Below are positions 1-11,760 of a stretch of DNA of 39,547 bases, in pieces. Numbering within the stretch: position 1 is the stretch's first letter; each line of letters opens with the position of its first letter. Location of the stretch: assembly GCA_030141605.1 (NCBI GenBank), contig JAQGDQ010000718.1, positions 1 through 39,547 of the forward strand, read 5' to 3'. Both the position numbers and the translations under genes were made by a program. Under the pieces are notes generated by a model that saw nothing but the letters and a program-made list of their open reading frames with translations, ran no database searches and was not told the DNA's origin. Origin of the DNA: Tubiluchus corallicola. Its lineage: Eukaryota > Animalia > Priapulida.

Positions 1-127
1 TATACAATAATCTAAGTCAATGTTTTATTACATGTACTAAAAACATTTATAGTTAAGACATGACAACTTTATTAAAACTTTTAATTTATACGATAATAAA
101 GAAATTATAAGTTGTGGTATTTTGACT

Positions 128-136
128 ATATATATA

Positions 137-174
<38 letters not shown>

Positions 175-235
175 AAAATATATATATATTAAATACTTAA
201 GTTCATGTGCACTTTATATATACAGTTTATATATA

Positions 236-279
<44 letters not shown>
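128..279. repeat. (TA)n microsatellite, interrupted
   Basis: Two long TA runs (about 128-190 and 230-279). Confidence 0.95.
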
Positions 280-283
<4 letters not shown>

Positions 284-919
284 AACGTAGCAATTTGATA
301 TACTTATATTTTTATTATATCGTAGCAATATGATATATTTATATACCTATATACCTAGCTAAACTTACTACCATGGTAAATTCTAAATGCTAAATTGTTT
401 AAAACTACAAAAAACTAAAGAAATCGTACTTATTATGTTTTTTTACGTTGTTCATTTTTGTGATATTCACTATTAAAATGTTTACTAATAATCGTCTAAG
501 AAAAACCGGGCAAGCTTATTTAAGAAATCATATAATGACAAACTTAAAAATGTGAAAAATGCAATTAAGTAATTAAATATAAATATTAATATTAATAAAT
601 ATTAATGTATATTGTAGTATGCCCTATCGAAAATTTTATATTTAGTTTAATTAAATTTAACCCACGTTAATTTAGAATAAAATGAAAATAATTAATTTTT
701 TCAATTAGTGATATAGTTTATACTAATTAATGAGTTTATAGCTGTTTAATAGAAAATAATCATTTTGGGAATATTACATAATTATTTTGATTTTATAAAT
801 TTTATATATTCGTACTTAGCTTAAATTAATACATAAAATAAATAGGAAAATTAGCTATACTGAAAAGGTAGTGTATACTATACTATACTAAAAAGGTATT
901 AAAAAGATAAAAGCAAATG

Positions 920-1295
920 TTTTTTACTTAAAATTCTCACTAACAGGGCAAAATATATCATAAAATATTGAAGTATTTTTATTTTTAACTATGTACTAAT
1001 GGTAGGAGTAGTATGTAATTAAGTGGTAAGAAACAAATTCTAGTGTTTTTAGTTAAAATTCTCACTAACAGGCTAAAATATATCATAAAATATTGATTTA
1101 TTTTTATTTTTAACTATGTACTAATGGTAGGAGTAAACTTAAGTATGTAGTTAATTCCTAAGAAACAAATGCTTGTGTTTTTTACTTGAAATTCTCACTA
1201 ACAATATAAAATATATCATAAAATATTGATGTATTTTTATTTTTAACTATGTACTAATGGTAGGAGTTAAGTTAAGTATGTAATTAAATGGTATG
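920..1295. repeat. ~125-133 bp tandem repeat, 3 copies
   Basis: AAATTCTCACTAACA...AATATATCATAAAATATTGA...TTTTAACTATGTACTAATGGTAGGAGT recurs near 931, 1056 and 1189. Confidence 0.9.
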
Positions 1296-2764
1296 ATTAG
1301 CCTGCAGTAAAATAATACGATAGCTTAAATAAAATTTTTACAATTTTGCTATAGTGATTAACGTATAGAAGCTTTAGTACTGATGCATACGTATTACTGA
1401 TGAATTTTTGCATACGCTGCTCCATATAAAGTTGGCCACATTTATTTGCTTGCTTGTAACGATGAACACTACTTCAACATTTCAATTGCGCATGATTGAT
1501 CTTTCGTGGTGGTAATTAATATACATAAAAACACACCACTTATTATACATAAAAATACACCACCAATAGTTGTACCTAAATATTGTGTCATATAAAAAAG
1601 AGAAACTGTTTTTGTTTGTTTTATAAAATTTTGAAATTTTAAGTTTGAAACATGTGAAATTTAAATTAAAAGAAAATTAAAAATAATTTAATTTTAAAAA
1701 TAAGTTAAATTCTTGCGATGAAGAGTAATACGAATAGGAAATATAAAATTATTAATGATTTTGATTTTTTTGTAATAATTCTTCTGTGGGTTTTGCTCAT
1801 GTAAAGATAAGAGTAATTTTTCTATACAGAATTAAACATAGATCTAAAATACCATAAGCTTATCATAAAGTCAAGTTATAGCAGAGTTTTAGCAAAATTT
1901 GAAAATTAATTATCGTTATAAGCTGCATACAGTAAGTAAAAAATAATTAATATTCCTTTAGATATGAGTTAAGTTTATTATATGCAGTTTATGATATCAA
2001 ATTAGCTGTATAGAACTGATATGGATTATTTTAAATAGAAAAAAATATTCCAAGTTTTCTTTGCAAATTTATACAAAAATCCTAAATGCATAAAATTTCA
2101 ATTTGAATTTAATTTTAAATTCTCTCTAAATGATTGCATAATTTATGCAATAAATGATAAATTACCTAGTTTTTATGAAATCATTTCAAATCAATTTATT
2201 TCAATTCATACAGTAAAAACACGCTTTCTTCTGTGTCACGGAGGTATAAAATGAAATTCAGTATCTTATATTTTTTTAATAATTTAACATTTTTATATAT
2301 TAGAACTTATTAGTTAATTTTGTATGTAGAAGCTTAAGATATACGCATATATCGCATTTGCATATTTTGTTGTACATTTTTGCAGTATTATGGGAGGCAG
2401 ATTTTTTTATTTTAAGAATATTTGTTGTGATATAGCAAAAAAAATTTAGAATGTAATAATTTGTTTACTGAATTTATATGAAACATTATGTAGGCATATT
2501 TTCAGATAGTTATAAAAATGCATTTCTCATATAGTAATGTTGCAAATTATTGATGTAAACGAATTACTCGAACATTTTAAGCAAACACATATGAGCCAAC
2601 ATATTAGAAACAGACATTTGCTAGGTTTAACAAGTTTTCTTAAATTTTCAAAAGCAAAAATATTCTTGGAAAACATACAAGTTGAGATTTGAACTATGAA
2701 CTATGAATTTTATTTCACACATCAAAAAATACAATATCAGACACATTAATAAATTTAAAAAAAA

Positions 2765-3590
2765 ATAATTTGAGTAGTGCGAGGTGAGTGGACAACCATA
2801 CGATCATTAACACACTCACCTTACTTAAATGAAAAAATGATTATAGTTATGCATGCTTCTGCAGATAACTTAATGTAAATAAGGATGAAGTAAATGATGT
2901 AATAATTTGAGTAGTGCGAGGTGAGTGTACGACCATACGTTCATTAACACACTCACCTTACTTAAATGAAAAAATGATTATAGTTATGCATGTTTCTGTA
3001 GATAACTTAATGTAAATAAGGATGAAGTAAATGATGTAATAATTTGAGTAGTGCGAGGTGAGTGTATGACCATACAGTCATTAACACACTCACCTTACTT
3101 AAATGAAAAAATGATTATAGTTATGCATGCTTCTGTAGATAACTTAATGTAAATAAGGATGAAGTAAATGATGTAATAATAGCAATGGTATAAGAGCAAT
3201 AAACCTGAAAGTTGAGAAAGGAAAACATAATATGTAATTACGACTTTGAGTGAGCCTTAAAGAGTGAAATTTTTTAAAATATGATTATAGTTATGCATGC
3301 TTCTGTAGACAACTTAATGTAAATAAGGATGAAGTAAATGATGTAATAATTTGAGTAGTGCGAGGTGAGTGTACGACCATACGTTCATTAACACACTCAC
3401 CTTACTTAAATGAAAAAATGATTATAGTTATGCATGCTTCTGTAGATAACTTAATGTAAATAATGATGAAGTAAATGATGTAATAATAGCAATGGTATAA
3501 CAGCAATAAACCTGAAAGTTGAGAAAGGAAAACATAATATGTAATTACGACTTTGAGTGAGCCTTGAAAAGTGAAATTTTTTTTTAAATA
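2765..3590. repeat. 137-bp tandem repeat with an internal hairpin, plus a duplicated second module
   Basis: GAGTAGTGCGAGGTGAGTG starts at 2772, 2909, 3046 and 3353. Each unit has an AGGTGAGTG...CACTCACCT inverted repeat. A second module (AGCAATGGTATAA...GAGTGAGCCTT) occurs near 3181 and 3488. Confidence 0.9.
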
Positions 3591-4291
3591 GTTACGAATA
3601 TGAATTATGTGATTATGTGTCAATGCACCACTTACTTGATTTACAACGCAGCAATAAATAACATGGCTGAAAAACCTACGAAGAGAAATTCGTTTTGTAA
3701 AAACGCGCACATAGTTTATTGTTAATTAGGTAAATACCTCACACAACAAAGTTGGCAATCTTGATCTTCAAACGTACTTGAAGAGTCCGTGACCCCATTC
3801 AGGCGGGTTTACATCGCGTTACCTACTACTCAAATATCTCTAAATAAACATAGCAAGTAAAAAGTGTTTACCAGAGAGTCGTAACATGTTTACAGGTGTA
3901 GGTTATAGAGGGCAGGTTGGAATTTACACAAAAGTAGTCTGTGCAGTTTTTATAAGTGTGAAAGTGTAGTACGCTTCTTGTATATTATATATATGGTATG
4001 CGTTGTATACATTTCTATGTATACAAATACCATCACACCAGTACGACAACATACACACTAATTCAGAATTTATATATCCACGGCCATATTGATTAAATAA
4101 TATTTTTTTCATTTTTTTGTGCATAGTTGTAAATAGGTTTGATTTTATTCGTCGTTGCTTTCCATTACTGCACAGTAGTTTAGATTGCACTGACGCATTT
4201 GCCTTTAGCAGTGTAAGTTTTTATTAACTAACACTGATTGATCATCTCTGTAAAGTTTCTATCAGTGATTATCAATGTATTTTAATGGCAA

Positions 4292-4468
4292 ATTATTATT
4301 ATTATATATATATATATATATATATATAATAATATATAAATAATTATATATTATTTATATATATATAATTATTTATAATATATAAATATATATTATATTT
4401 ATATATATAAATAATTATATATATAAATATAATATAATTTATATATATAATAATATATATGTATATAT
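4292..4468. repeat. degenerate TA-rich low-complexity tract
   Basis: Almost only A/T, with TA alternation. Confidence 0.9.
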
Positions 4469-4590
4469 TCAATGTATTGTCAATTTTTATTACAAGTACA
4501 TAAAAATATTTATAGTTAAAACAACACAACTTTATTAAATTCTTAATTTGTATAGTTCAATATCATGCGGTTTTGAACTATGCACTTTTA

Positions 4591-4770
4591 GACCAAACGG
4601 TTTAGTCTAGTGGTAATGCGCCTGCTTTCCATCTGCGAGGTCGTGAGTTCGAACCAGCGGCCGGGTTATACCAAAGACTTTAAGAATGGTACCTGCTGTT
4701 GCCCTGCCTGGCGCGCGGTATTTAGGGTAAAAGTGGGGTAATAATAGTCTCTGTTATGTAGTTGTAGGTT
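4591..4770 (+). mobile_element. tRNA-derived SINE (Meta-SINE-like), 3'-truncated copy 1
   Basis: Pol III A-box (TAGTCTAGTGG) and B-box (GTTCGAACC), followed by ATACCAAAGACTTTAAGAATGGTACC...GCCTGGC, which resembles the Meta core domain as I recall it. Closely similar to the copies at 24305-24654 (-) and 34492-34940 (+). Confidence 0.85.
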
Positions 4771-4791
4771 CAAAATCATGCCAAACGTTTC

Positions 4792-5296
4792 GACTTACGT
4801 GAAAGAATTATTACCACACAAACACAATTTCACGTTCACGCCATTAGTCATTCGCTGGTTAGACGGGCACCACTGCCTGCATTTCGGAAACGAATTGCGC
4901 AAAAAACAGGTGCTGTACCGCTCAGTTCAGAGGGTGTTAGTTTGTGACTAACTACACACGTTCGACAGCTCATGCGTGAGCACATGAAATTTGAAATTTG
5001 AATTTTTATCTTAAAACTTGTCTAGTTTTAGTACAACACACTGAATATCTTACAGTAGCACTGTACTTTAATTTTCACTTTCACAAAAACATGCAATATT
5101 GGAATGTTTTTGCTGTTGAAAATAATGTTAGTTTGTGATGTCATCAATAGTTGGGCTCGCCCACCGCTAATCAAGTTTTTAATCTATTATTTAATTATCA
5201 GAAACGCTTTTGCAGTACTAATTGTGGTAAAATGTATACTTTCTATCAGACTTGAAATGGGGTAGTATATGAAAAATTATTGCTGTCGTCCTTTAA
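4792..5296 (+). mobile_element. dispersed repeat copy 1; probable non-autonomous DNA transposon with a TTAA-AGG terminus (Kolobok-like)
   Basis: Aligns by eye with 18720-19318 (inverted) and 25197-25751. All three end at ...CCTTTAA, read on the other strand as TTAA|AGG. Confidence 0.7.
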
Positions 5297-5604
5297 GCAA
5301 AGACGTTGCTTTTATTCAGACACAATATCTGTAACGTTTCGACAAGTTATGATCACGTTCGCTCAACTAAAAAAAAACTAAAAAAAAACAGTAGGCCTTA
5401 TATAGAAATGACAAAAATTAACAAAGTGAGAAACAAACAAACAAACATTAAATTCTAAAGTTACAGATCGTGTGGTACGAAGCCAAATGACCTGAAGAAA
5501 TGAAGCCCAACACAGTTCATTTTCCGACTAATGCTTGAGAGTGGCAATAAGAGGAACCTTCGCATCAAACGTGAGCAACACCTTAAACGAGCAGCAAAGC
5601 AATA

Positions 5605-5977
5605 ATGACAAAATTAATCAATACTATTATTTTATGTCCCTTATTGATTCTGCTGAAGTTAAGTAATGCCAGACCTGATAAGTATGTAATTGGGTCACGC
5701 CTGCACAAACTCCAATTGCACGAACCTGTCATACTGGTTCCAGACGTTAACTGGTTGAAGGAAGAGGATGATGGTGAAAGGATCACCGGACAAAGGACCA
5801 CCGGTTAAAGACCCACCAGACAAAAGACCACCGTACAAAGGGCCTTCAATTAAAGGACCACTGAACAAAGGACGACTGGTCAAAGGACCTCTGTACAAAG
5901 TACCTTCGATCAAAGGACCTCCGGACAAAGAACCACTAATCGAAGGACCACCGGACAAAGGACCACTGGTCAAATAA
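5605..5977 (+). other. signal-peptide-like ORF (5605-5808) overlapping a 15-bp repeat ORF encoding (KGPPx)n (5768-5977)
   Basis: MTKLINTIILCPLLILLKLSNA|RP looks like a signal peptide. The repeat AAAGGACCACCGGAC-like (about 5777-5974) encodes KGPPD/KGPLV in a different frame. Coding status is unproven. Confidence 0.3.
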
Positions 5978-6199
5978 TTTTTGCTCATACCATTCAACTA
6001 GCAAAATAGTGTTATTTCTTCTTTTAGTCAAGGAGTTCTGGTTTGATATCAATGACAAATTGTACATTCCAGTTTATCCTTCTGACTTCGTGTTAATGTA
6101 AGTAAGCTGATTTCGAAAACACTGCTTAGTAAAAATTCTAACATTTACGTACGGTACTCACTGAATCCACAGAGAAAGTATTTTGATATTTGAGCAAAT

Positions 6200-6870
6200 A
6201 GAAATTCTGACCCTGGGAGTGTGTCTCCATCGTCGTTCAGTCCTTGGAACAATTTTTTGAGTTCAGGTCAGGAGGCATTCCGTGCCACTCCAACAAGCTT
6301 ATATGATTTTCGTAAAAAATCCACTTGTTTCGACACGGGGCCCGATCTTGTTGAAAATGACCAGATATTCGTCAAATAAATGTGGTATGAATTCTCCATA
6401 TTCAGTTCTGGAACAACACTTCTGTGGAGAATCCCAGTGTGTTGTGGAGAATGCTCCATGCCCTCAATTGGTTGGAAGCTGCCAATGCCATAATAGCAAA
6501 AGCAACCGAAAATATTTCCTTTTGTGGGTGTTTCGTGTTTTTGACAATGTAATCTTTGAGCAACATTACATGTGGTGACCTTGGAACTTGCTGGCTTCTT
6601 TGCCCTTCGGCAAGAGGTGACTTCCATGGCCGATAAGGTCTTTTCTTGTATTTCAACCGCCATTTGAAACGTTTTGCTTTCATAACTTTACTCTGGTGTT
6701 GTTTTTTCATTGTTGGTAGACCTTCCGGCCAACGAATCTATGATCTTTTACATTTATACATAATAAGTAAATATTGGACTGAATTCGAACTCCAAGATGG
6801 CATGGCGGTCTTGATATTGCGCATCATGAAGATCCATTTTACTATCGTTGTGGAACTGATTACTTAACTA
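6200..6870 (-). pseudogene. decayed Tc1-family transposase
   Basis: Frameshifted minus-strand pieces occur in Tc1 order: KKQ..MKAKRFKW..KYK; KHPQK; GCFCYYGIGSFQPIEGM..SPQH..IL...VVPEL; FQQDRAPC (FQQD at 6356-6345); ISLLEWHGMPPDLN (PDLN at 6272-6261). The last two match FQQDNAPCH and WPxxSPDLNPIE of the DDE domain. Confidence 0.85.
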
Positions 6871-6952
6871 CAAATGTTAATTTTAATTACAAATGTTATG
6901 TTAATTAACTAAGTTAATGTCTGTAAACTAGTACCATATACCTGTTATAGCA

Positions 6953-7258
6953 TGTCATTTAACTCTCATGAAATAAAATACACAAAAACTACACTGTACT
7001 GAGTTTATTAACAGCAACGTGCACAAAAAATAACTAACTAACTCAGTAACAGCACAACACCCGAGGAGCACCTGTGTCAGAAATCCAGGTTGTAGTGACC
7101 TCTACACGCTTTTATACTGGCATTCCAGATCAGCTGGCTTCTCACAAAACGTGTAGGCCCAAACAAGACGTCTCGACCTACAAGAAAGGGGTGAGTCGCT
7201 GCTGACGTGGAAGCAGGGCGTGTAGAGGGGCCCTACACCTGATCCGACACAGGTAACA
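6953..7258 (-). mobile_element. probable solo LTR (306 bp)
   Basis: TG...CA ends (TGTCAT at 6953, GTAACA ending 7258). On the minus strand TATAAAA (7116-7110) precedes AATAAA (7009-7004). Flanks ATAGCA/ATATCA match at 5 of 6 bases, a possible TSD. Confidence 0.6.
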
Positions 7259-7407
7259 ATATCATCTTTTGGTGTGGGTTACAGTGTGGCTCAATCTCCA
7301 CTCAGATGAAAGTGAAGTTAGTGTGGTAATTTATTTATTTTGTCCCAATAGGGCTGATCGAGCAACAAGTACCGTACAACAAAATTTTACATACAAATGC
7401 GAACAAA

Positions 7408-9256
7408 CTTAGCTACAGCACATTGCATAGTGACATCACGAGAGCTTAGCTACAGCACATTGTACAGTGACATCAGGAGAGCTTAGCTACAGCACATTGC
7501 ATAGTGACATCACGAGAGCTTAGCTACAGCACATTGTATAGTGACATCACGAGAGCTTAGCTACAGCACATTGAATAGTGACATCACGAGAGCTTAGCTA
7601 CAGCACATTGAATAGTGACATCACGAGAGCTTAGCTACAGCACATTGAATAGTGACATCACGAGAGCTTAGCTACAGCACATTGAATAGTGACATCAGGA
7701 GAGCTTAGCTACAGCACATTGAATAGTGACATCACGAGAGCTTAGCTACAGCACATTGCATAGTGACATCAGGAGAGCTTAGCTACAGCACATTGTACAG
7801 TGACATCAGGAGAGCTTAGCTACAGCACATTGAATAGTGACATCAGGAGAGCTTAGCTACAGCACATTGTATAGTGACATCAGGAGAGCTTAGCTACAGC
7901 ACATTGTATAGTGACATCAGGAGAGCTTAGCTACAGCACATTGCATAGTGACATCAGGAGAGCTTAGCTACAGCACATTGTATAGTGACATCAGGAGAGC
8001 TTAGCTACAGCACATTGCATAGTGACATCACGAGAGCTTAGCTACAGCACATTGAATAGTGACATCACGAGAGCTTAGCTACAGCACATTGTACAGTGAC
8101 ATCAGGAGAGCTTAGCTACAGCACATTGCATAGTGACATCACGAGAGCTTAGCTACAGCACATTGCATAGTGACATCAGGAGAGCTTAGCTACAGCACAT
8201 TGTATAGTGACATCAGGAGAGCTTAGCTACAGCACATTGTATAGTGACATCAGGAGAGCTTAGCTACAGCACATTGCATAGTGACATCAGGAGAGCTTAG
8301 CTACAGCACATTGCATAGTGACATCAGGAGAGCTTAGCTACAGCACATTGTATAGTGACATCAGGAGAGCTTAGCTACAGCACATTGCATAGTGACATCA
8401 CGAGAGCTTAGCTACAGCACATTGTATAGTGACATCACGAGAGCTTAGCTACAGCACATTGAATAGTGACATCAGGAGAGCTTAGCTACAGCACATTGTA
8501 TAGTGACATCAGGAGAGCTTAGCTACAGCACATTGCATAGTGACATCAGGAGAGCTTAGCTACAGCACATTGTATAGTGACATCAGGAGAGCTTAGCTAC
8601 AGCACATTGTACAGTGACATCAGGAGAGCTTAGCTACAGCACATTGCATAGTGACATCACGAGAGCTTAGCTACAGCACATTGCATAGTGACATCAGGAG
8701 AGCTTAGCTACAGCACATTGCATAGTGACATCAGGAGAGCTTAGCTACAGCACATTGTATAGTGACATCACGAGAGCTTAGCTACAGCACATTGAATAGT
8801 GACATCAGGAGAGCTTAGCTACAGCACATTGTATAGTGACATCACGAGAGCTTAGCTACAGCACATTGTATAGTGACATCAGGAGAGCTTAGCTACAGCA
8901 CATTGTATAGTGACATCAGGAGAGCTTAGCTACAGCACATTGTATAGTGACATCAGGAGAGCTTAGCTACAGCACATTGTATAGTGACATCAGGAGAGCT
9001 TAGCTACAGCACATTGCATAGTGACATCAGGAGAGCTTAGCTACAGCACATTGTACAGTGACATCAGGAGAGCTTAGCTACAGCACATTGTATAGTGACA
9101 TCACGAGAGCTTAGCTACAGCACATTGTATAGTGACATCAGGAGAGCTTAGCTACAGCACATTGTACAGTGACATCACGGGAGCTTAGCTACAGCACATT
9201 GCATAGTGACATCAGGAGAGCTTAGCTACAGCACATTGTACAGTGACATCAGGAGA
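7408..9256. repeat. 37-bp minisatellite, ~50 copies
   Basis: Unit AGCTTAGCTACAGCACATTG(T/C/A)A(T/C)AGTGACATCA(G/C)GAG, head to tail with no spacers. Confidence 0.98.
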
Positions 9257-9659
9257 TTGCATCATACAAATTAGTTAGTCTTCAATATTCATAAAGTAAA
9301 AGTCTGGAATAGAACATGTCATTGTATCTTCAAGGAAGTAACGGGCAGCGTTATGTTTAGAGCAAAACAGAAGAAAATGGCATTCGACACCGACTTCTTT
9401 ACACTTGGTACATATATAGTCAGCTAACGTTTCATAACTTTATATGGAAAATCATTGAGTCCATTTAAAATTGAGCCATTACTCAATCATTGGAGATATC
9501 AATGATGTAAACTAGTATATACTATTGTGCCCGAAGGTAGATTTCAATGTATAATTCTTTAAATGCCAAAATATTACATTAATATTACTGTATGATTTCA
9601 AGTAGTGTGGCGGGTCGCAGGATTAAACCGTCACGAGCTTCGTGAAAATGTAGTGTATT

Positions 9660-9879
9660 GAATGTAAAATTGCCTGGGCCAATGAGAGCTCAGTTTTCTA
9701 GGCCAATTTTCTCCAGCGTGTAACCTGTTCTCGTAGATTCGAGGGCAGTGCGTTCTCGGCCATGTTCAGCTTCGGTTTTCATTTTGTTTTTCTCTTCTTG
9801 GTTGCTGTTATTAAGTCAATCGTGATTCAGTCATTTCTGGTTTAACCCTTTGGTTTGCATTTCGACTCAACGCGTAAGT
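9660..9879 (+). promoter_or_regulatory. candidate promoter and non-coding first exon
   Basis: Locally CpG-richer. CCAAT at 9679 and 9703, a YY1-like GGCCATGTT near 9758, and a GTAAGT donor at 9874. Motif evidence only. Confidence 0.3.
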
Positions 9880-10385
9880 GTCAGCTATAAACTGTTGCTA
9901 AGTGTTTCATTTTACTGTTTTTCTTTCTTTTCTTTTTTTATAATTTTCTTTAGTTAATTATGAATCCTCGCTATCATAGACGGCATCACAATATGATAAA
10001 ACAAATCCCATGATTAGTAAATGAAAGATTTCTTTGCAATACTTTTTCCGCAAGTTCTTATGACCAGAACTGCAATATGTTTTATATGGTACGCGTGTGA
10101 GTAATTTGCTTGATAAGTTCTTTCGAATCGTCTTTGTCAAAGTGTCCATGTCTGACAAACACAATGGGTTGAACCTATGAGTGATTTCTTCGTCAAAGGT
10201 TTCAAATTTGCCAATAAAGTCGTAATTAATATAACACACGTTGCATAAGTCCACATATCTAGCAAAATGTTCATCCAGTTTATCGTCTTCTGTACGAAAC
10301 ACGTATCCCAAAAGAGGTCCACATATCTAGCAATATGTTCGTCCATTTTACCGTATTCTGTACGAAACACGTATCCCAAAAAGTA

Positions 10386-11088
10386 CAACGTCGAAGCCGA
10401 TACGGCTAAATCAGTGCGAGTCAGATGTCCATGAAACCATCTCTTATCTACGACTTGAACCTTCTTGCATATCCAAGCATCCGTCTTTCATCATCGAGTT
10501 TTTCGCACAGTTGTTGACTAGGGATCTCCATGCAGGACGGTCGTGAACTGCGAAAAGCAGCTTGTCCAACATTCCACCTTTCCTCAGAGAGAACTTCACC
10601 TTGTCCTTGAAGCGAAGGAGAGGACGACCAACACTGCGAGAGCCACTGGTTAGTTCTCCATGAAGAAGGGCCTTTGTCGGTCTCTTATCGTTCATTCTGA
10701 CCACATGCCCAAACCACCGAAGTTGAGCCTTAGTAAGCGTAACCTCGATGCACGAGCCAGCACGTCTTCGTTTGGCACATAGTTGTCCCAGCGAATACGA
10801 AGGATGTGACGCAGATGTCTCTGCTGAACCGCACGAAGAGACCTGACCTGATCTTGATAGAGCGTCCACGTTTCCTGACCATAGGAAAGCTGCGGAATGA
10901 TGCATTGCATGTACACCTGCAGTTTAGTGGCGATGGTAAGGTCATGGTTATCGAAGACACGTTTCCTCATACGGCCGAAAGAGCTGGCTGCAGCATTAAT
11001 TCTTGCATGAAGCTCAGTATCCAATTGAGTATCTGAGCAGATGTAACTTCCGAGATATTTGAACCGTTGCACACTTCCAAGCTGTTCT
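10386..11088 (-). mobile_element. RTE (BovB-like) LINE, 5'-truncated ORF2 3' part, frameshifted
   Basis: FKYLGS, ARINAAASSFGRMRKRVF, YGQETWTLY, LRHILRIRW, QLRWFGHVVRM, LLHGEL..GSRSVGRPLLRFKD, DRPAWRSLV and a terminal SRIG-like motif are all typical of RTE ORF2. Confidence 0.92.
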
Positions 11089-11760
11089 CCCAAAAAAAGG
11101 TCCACATATCTAGCAATATGTTAGTCCATTTTACCGTATTCTGTACGAAACACGTATCCCAAAAAAGGTCCACATATCTAGCAATATGTTTGTCCATTTT
11201 ATCGTCTTCTGTACGAAACACGTATCCCAAAAAAAGGTCCACATATCTAGCAATATGTTCGTCCATTTTACCGTATTCTGTACGAAACACGTATCCCAAA
11301 AAAGGTCCACATATCTAGCAATATGTTAGTCCATTTTATCGTCTTCTGTATGAAACACGTATCCCAAAAAAGGTCCACATATCTAGCAATATGTTCGTCC
11401 ATTTTATCGTCTTCTGTACGAAACACGTATCCCAAAAAGGTCCACATATCTAGCAATATGTTAGTCCATTTTATCGTCTTCTGTACGAAACACGTATCCC
11501 AAAAAAGTCCACATATCTAGTAATATGTTCGTCCATTTTATCGTGTTCTGTACGAAACACGTATCCCAAAAAAGTCCACATATCTAGCAATATGTTCGTC
11601 CATTTTATCGTCTTCTGTACGAAACACGTATCCCAAAAAAGGTCCACATATCTAGCAATATGTTCGTCCATTTTACCGTATTCTGTACGAAACACGTATC
11701 CCAAAAAGTCCACATATCTAGCAAAACGTTCGTCCATTTTATCGTTTTCTGTATGAATCA
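11089..11760. repeat. ~68-bp minisatellite derived from sulfotransferase coding sequence (~10 copies, plus 2 at 10249-10384)
   Basis: TCCACATATCTAGC starts at 11101, 11169, 11238, 11306 and onward. On the minus strand a unit reads FLGYVFRTEDDKMDEHIARYVD. Confidence 0.95.

Noticed and set aside
3924-4190. 88-aa ORF as a viral or host gene
   Set aside because: No recognisable motif and no convincing splice context.
4591-4665. Functional tRNA gene
   Set aside because: A and B boxes are present but I cannot fold a full cloverleaf, and the sequence continues into a shared SINE body in three copies.
5300-5370. Hammerhead ribozyme or Penelope end (minus-strand GTCGAAACG...AATAAA)
   Set aside because: No intact CTGANGA core with pairing stems could be found.
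7408-9256. CRISPR array (37-bp repeats)
   Set aside because: Units are head to tail with no unique spacers, there are no cas genes, and the context is eukaryotic.
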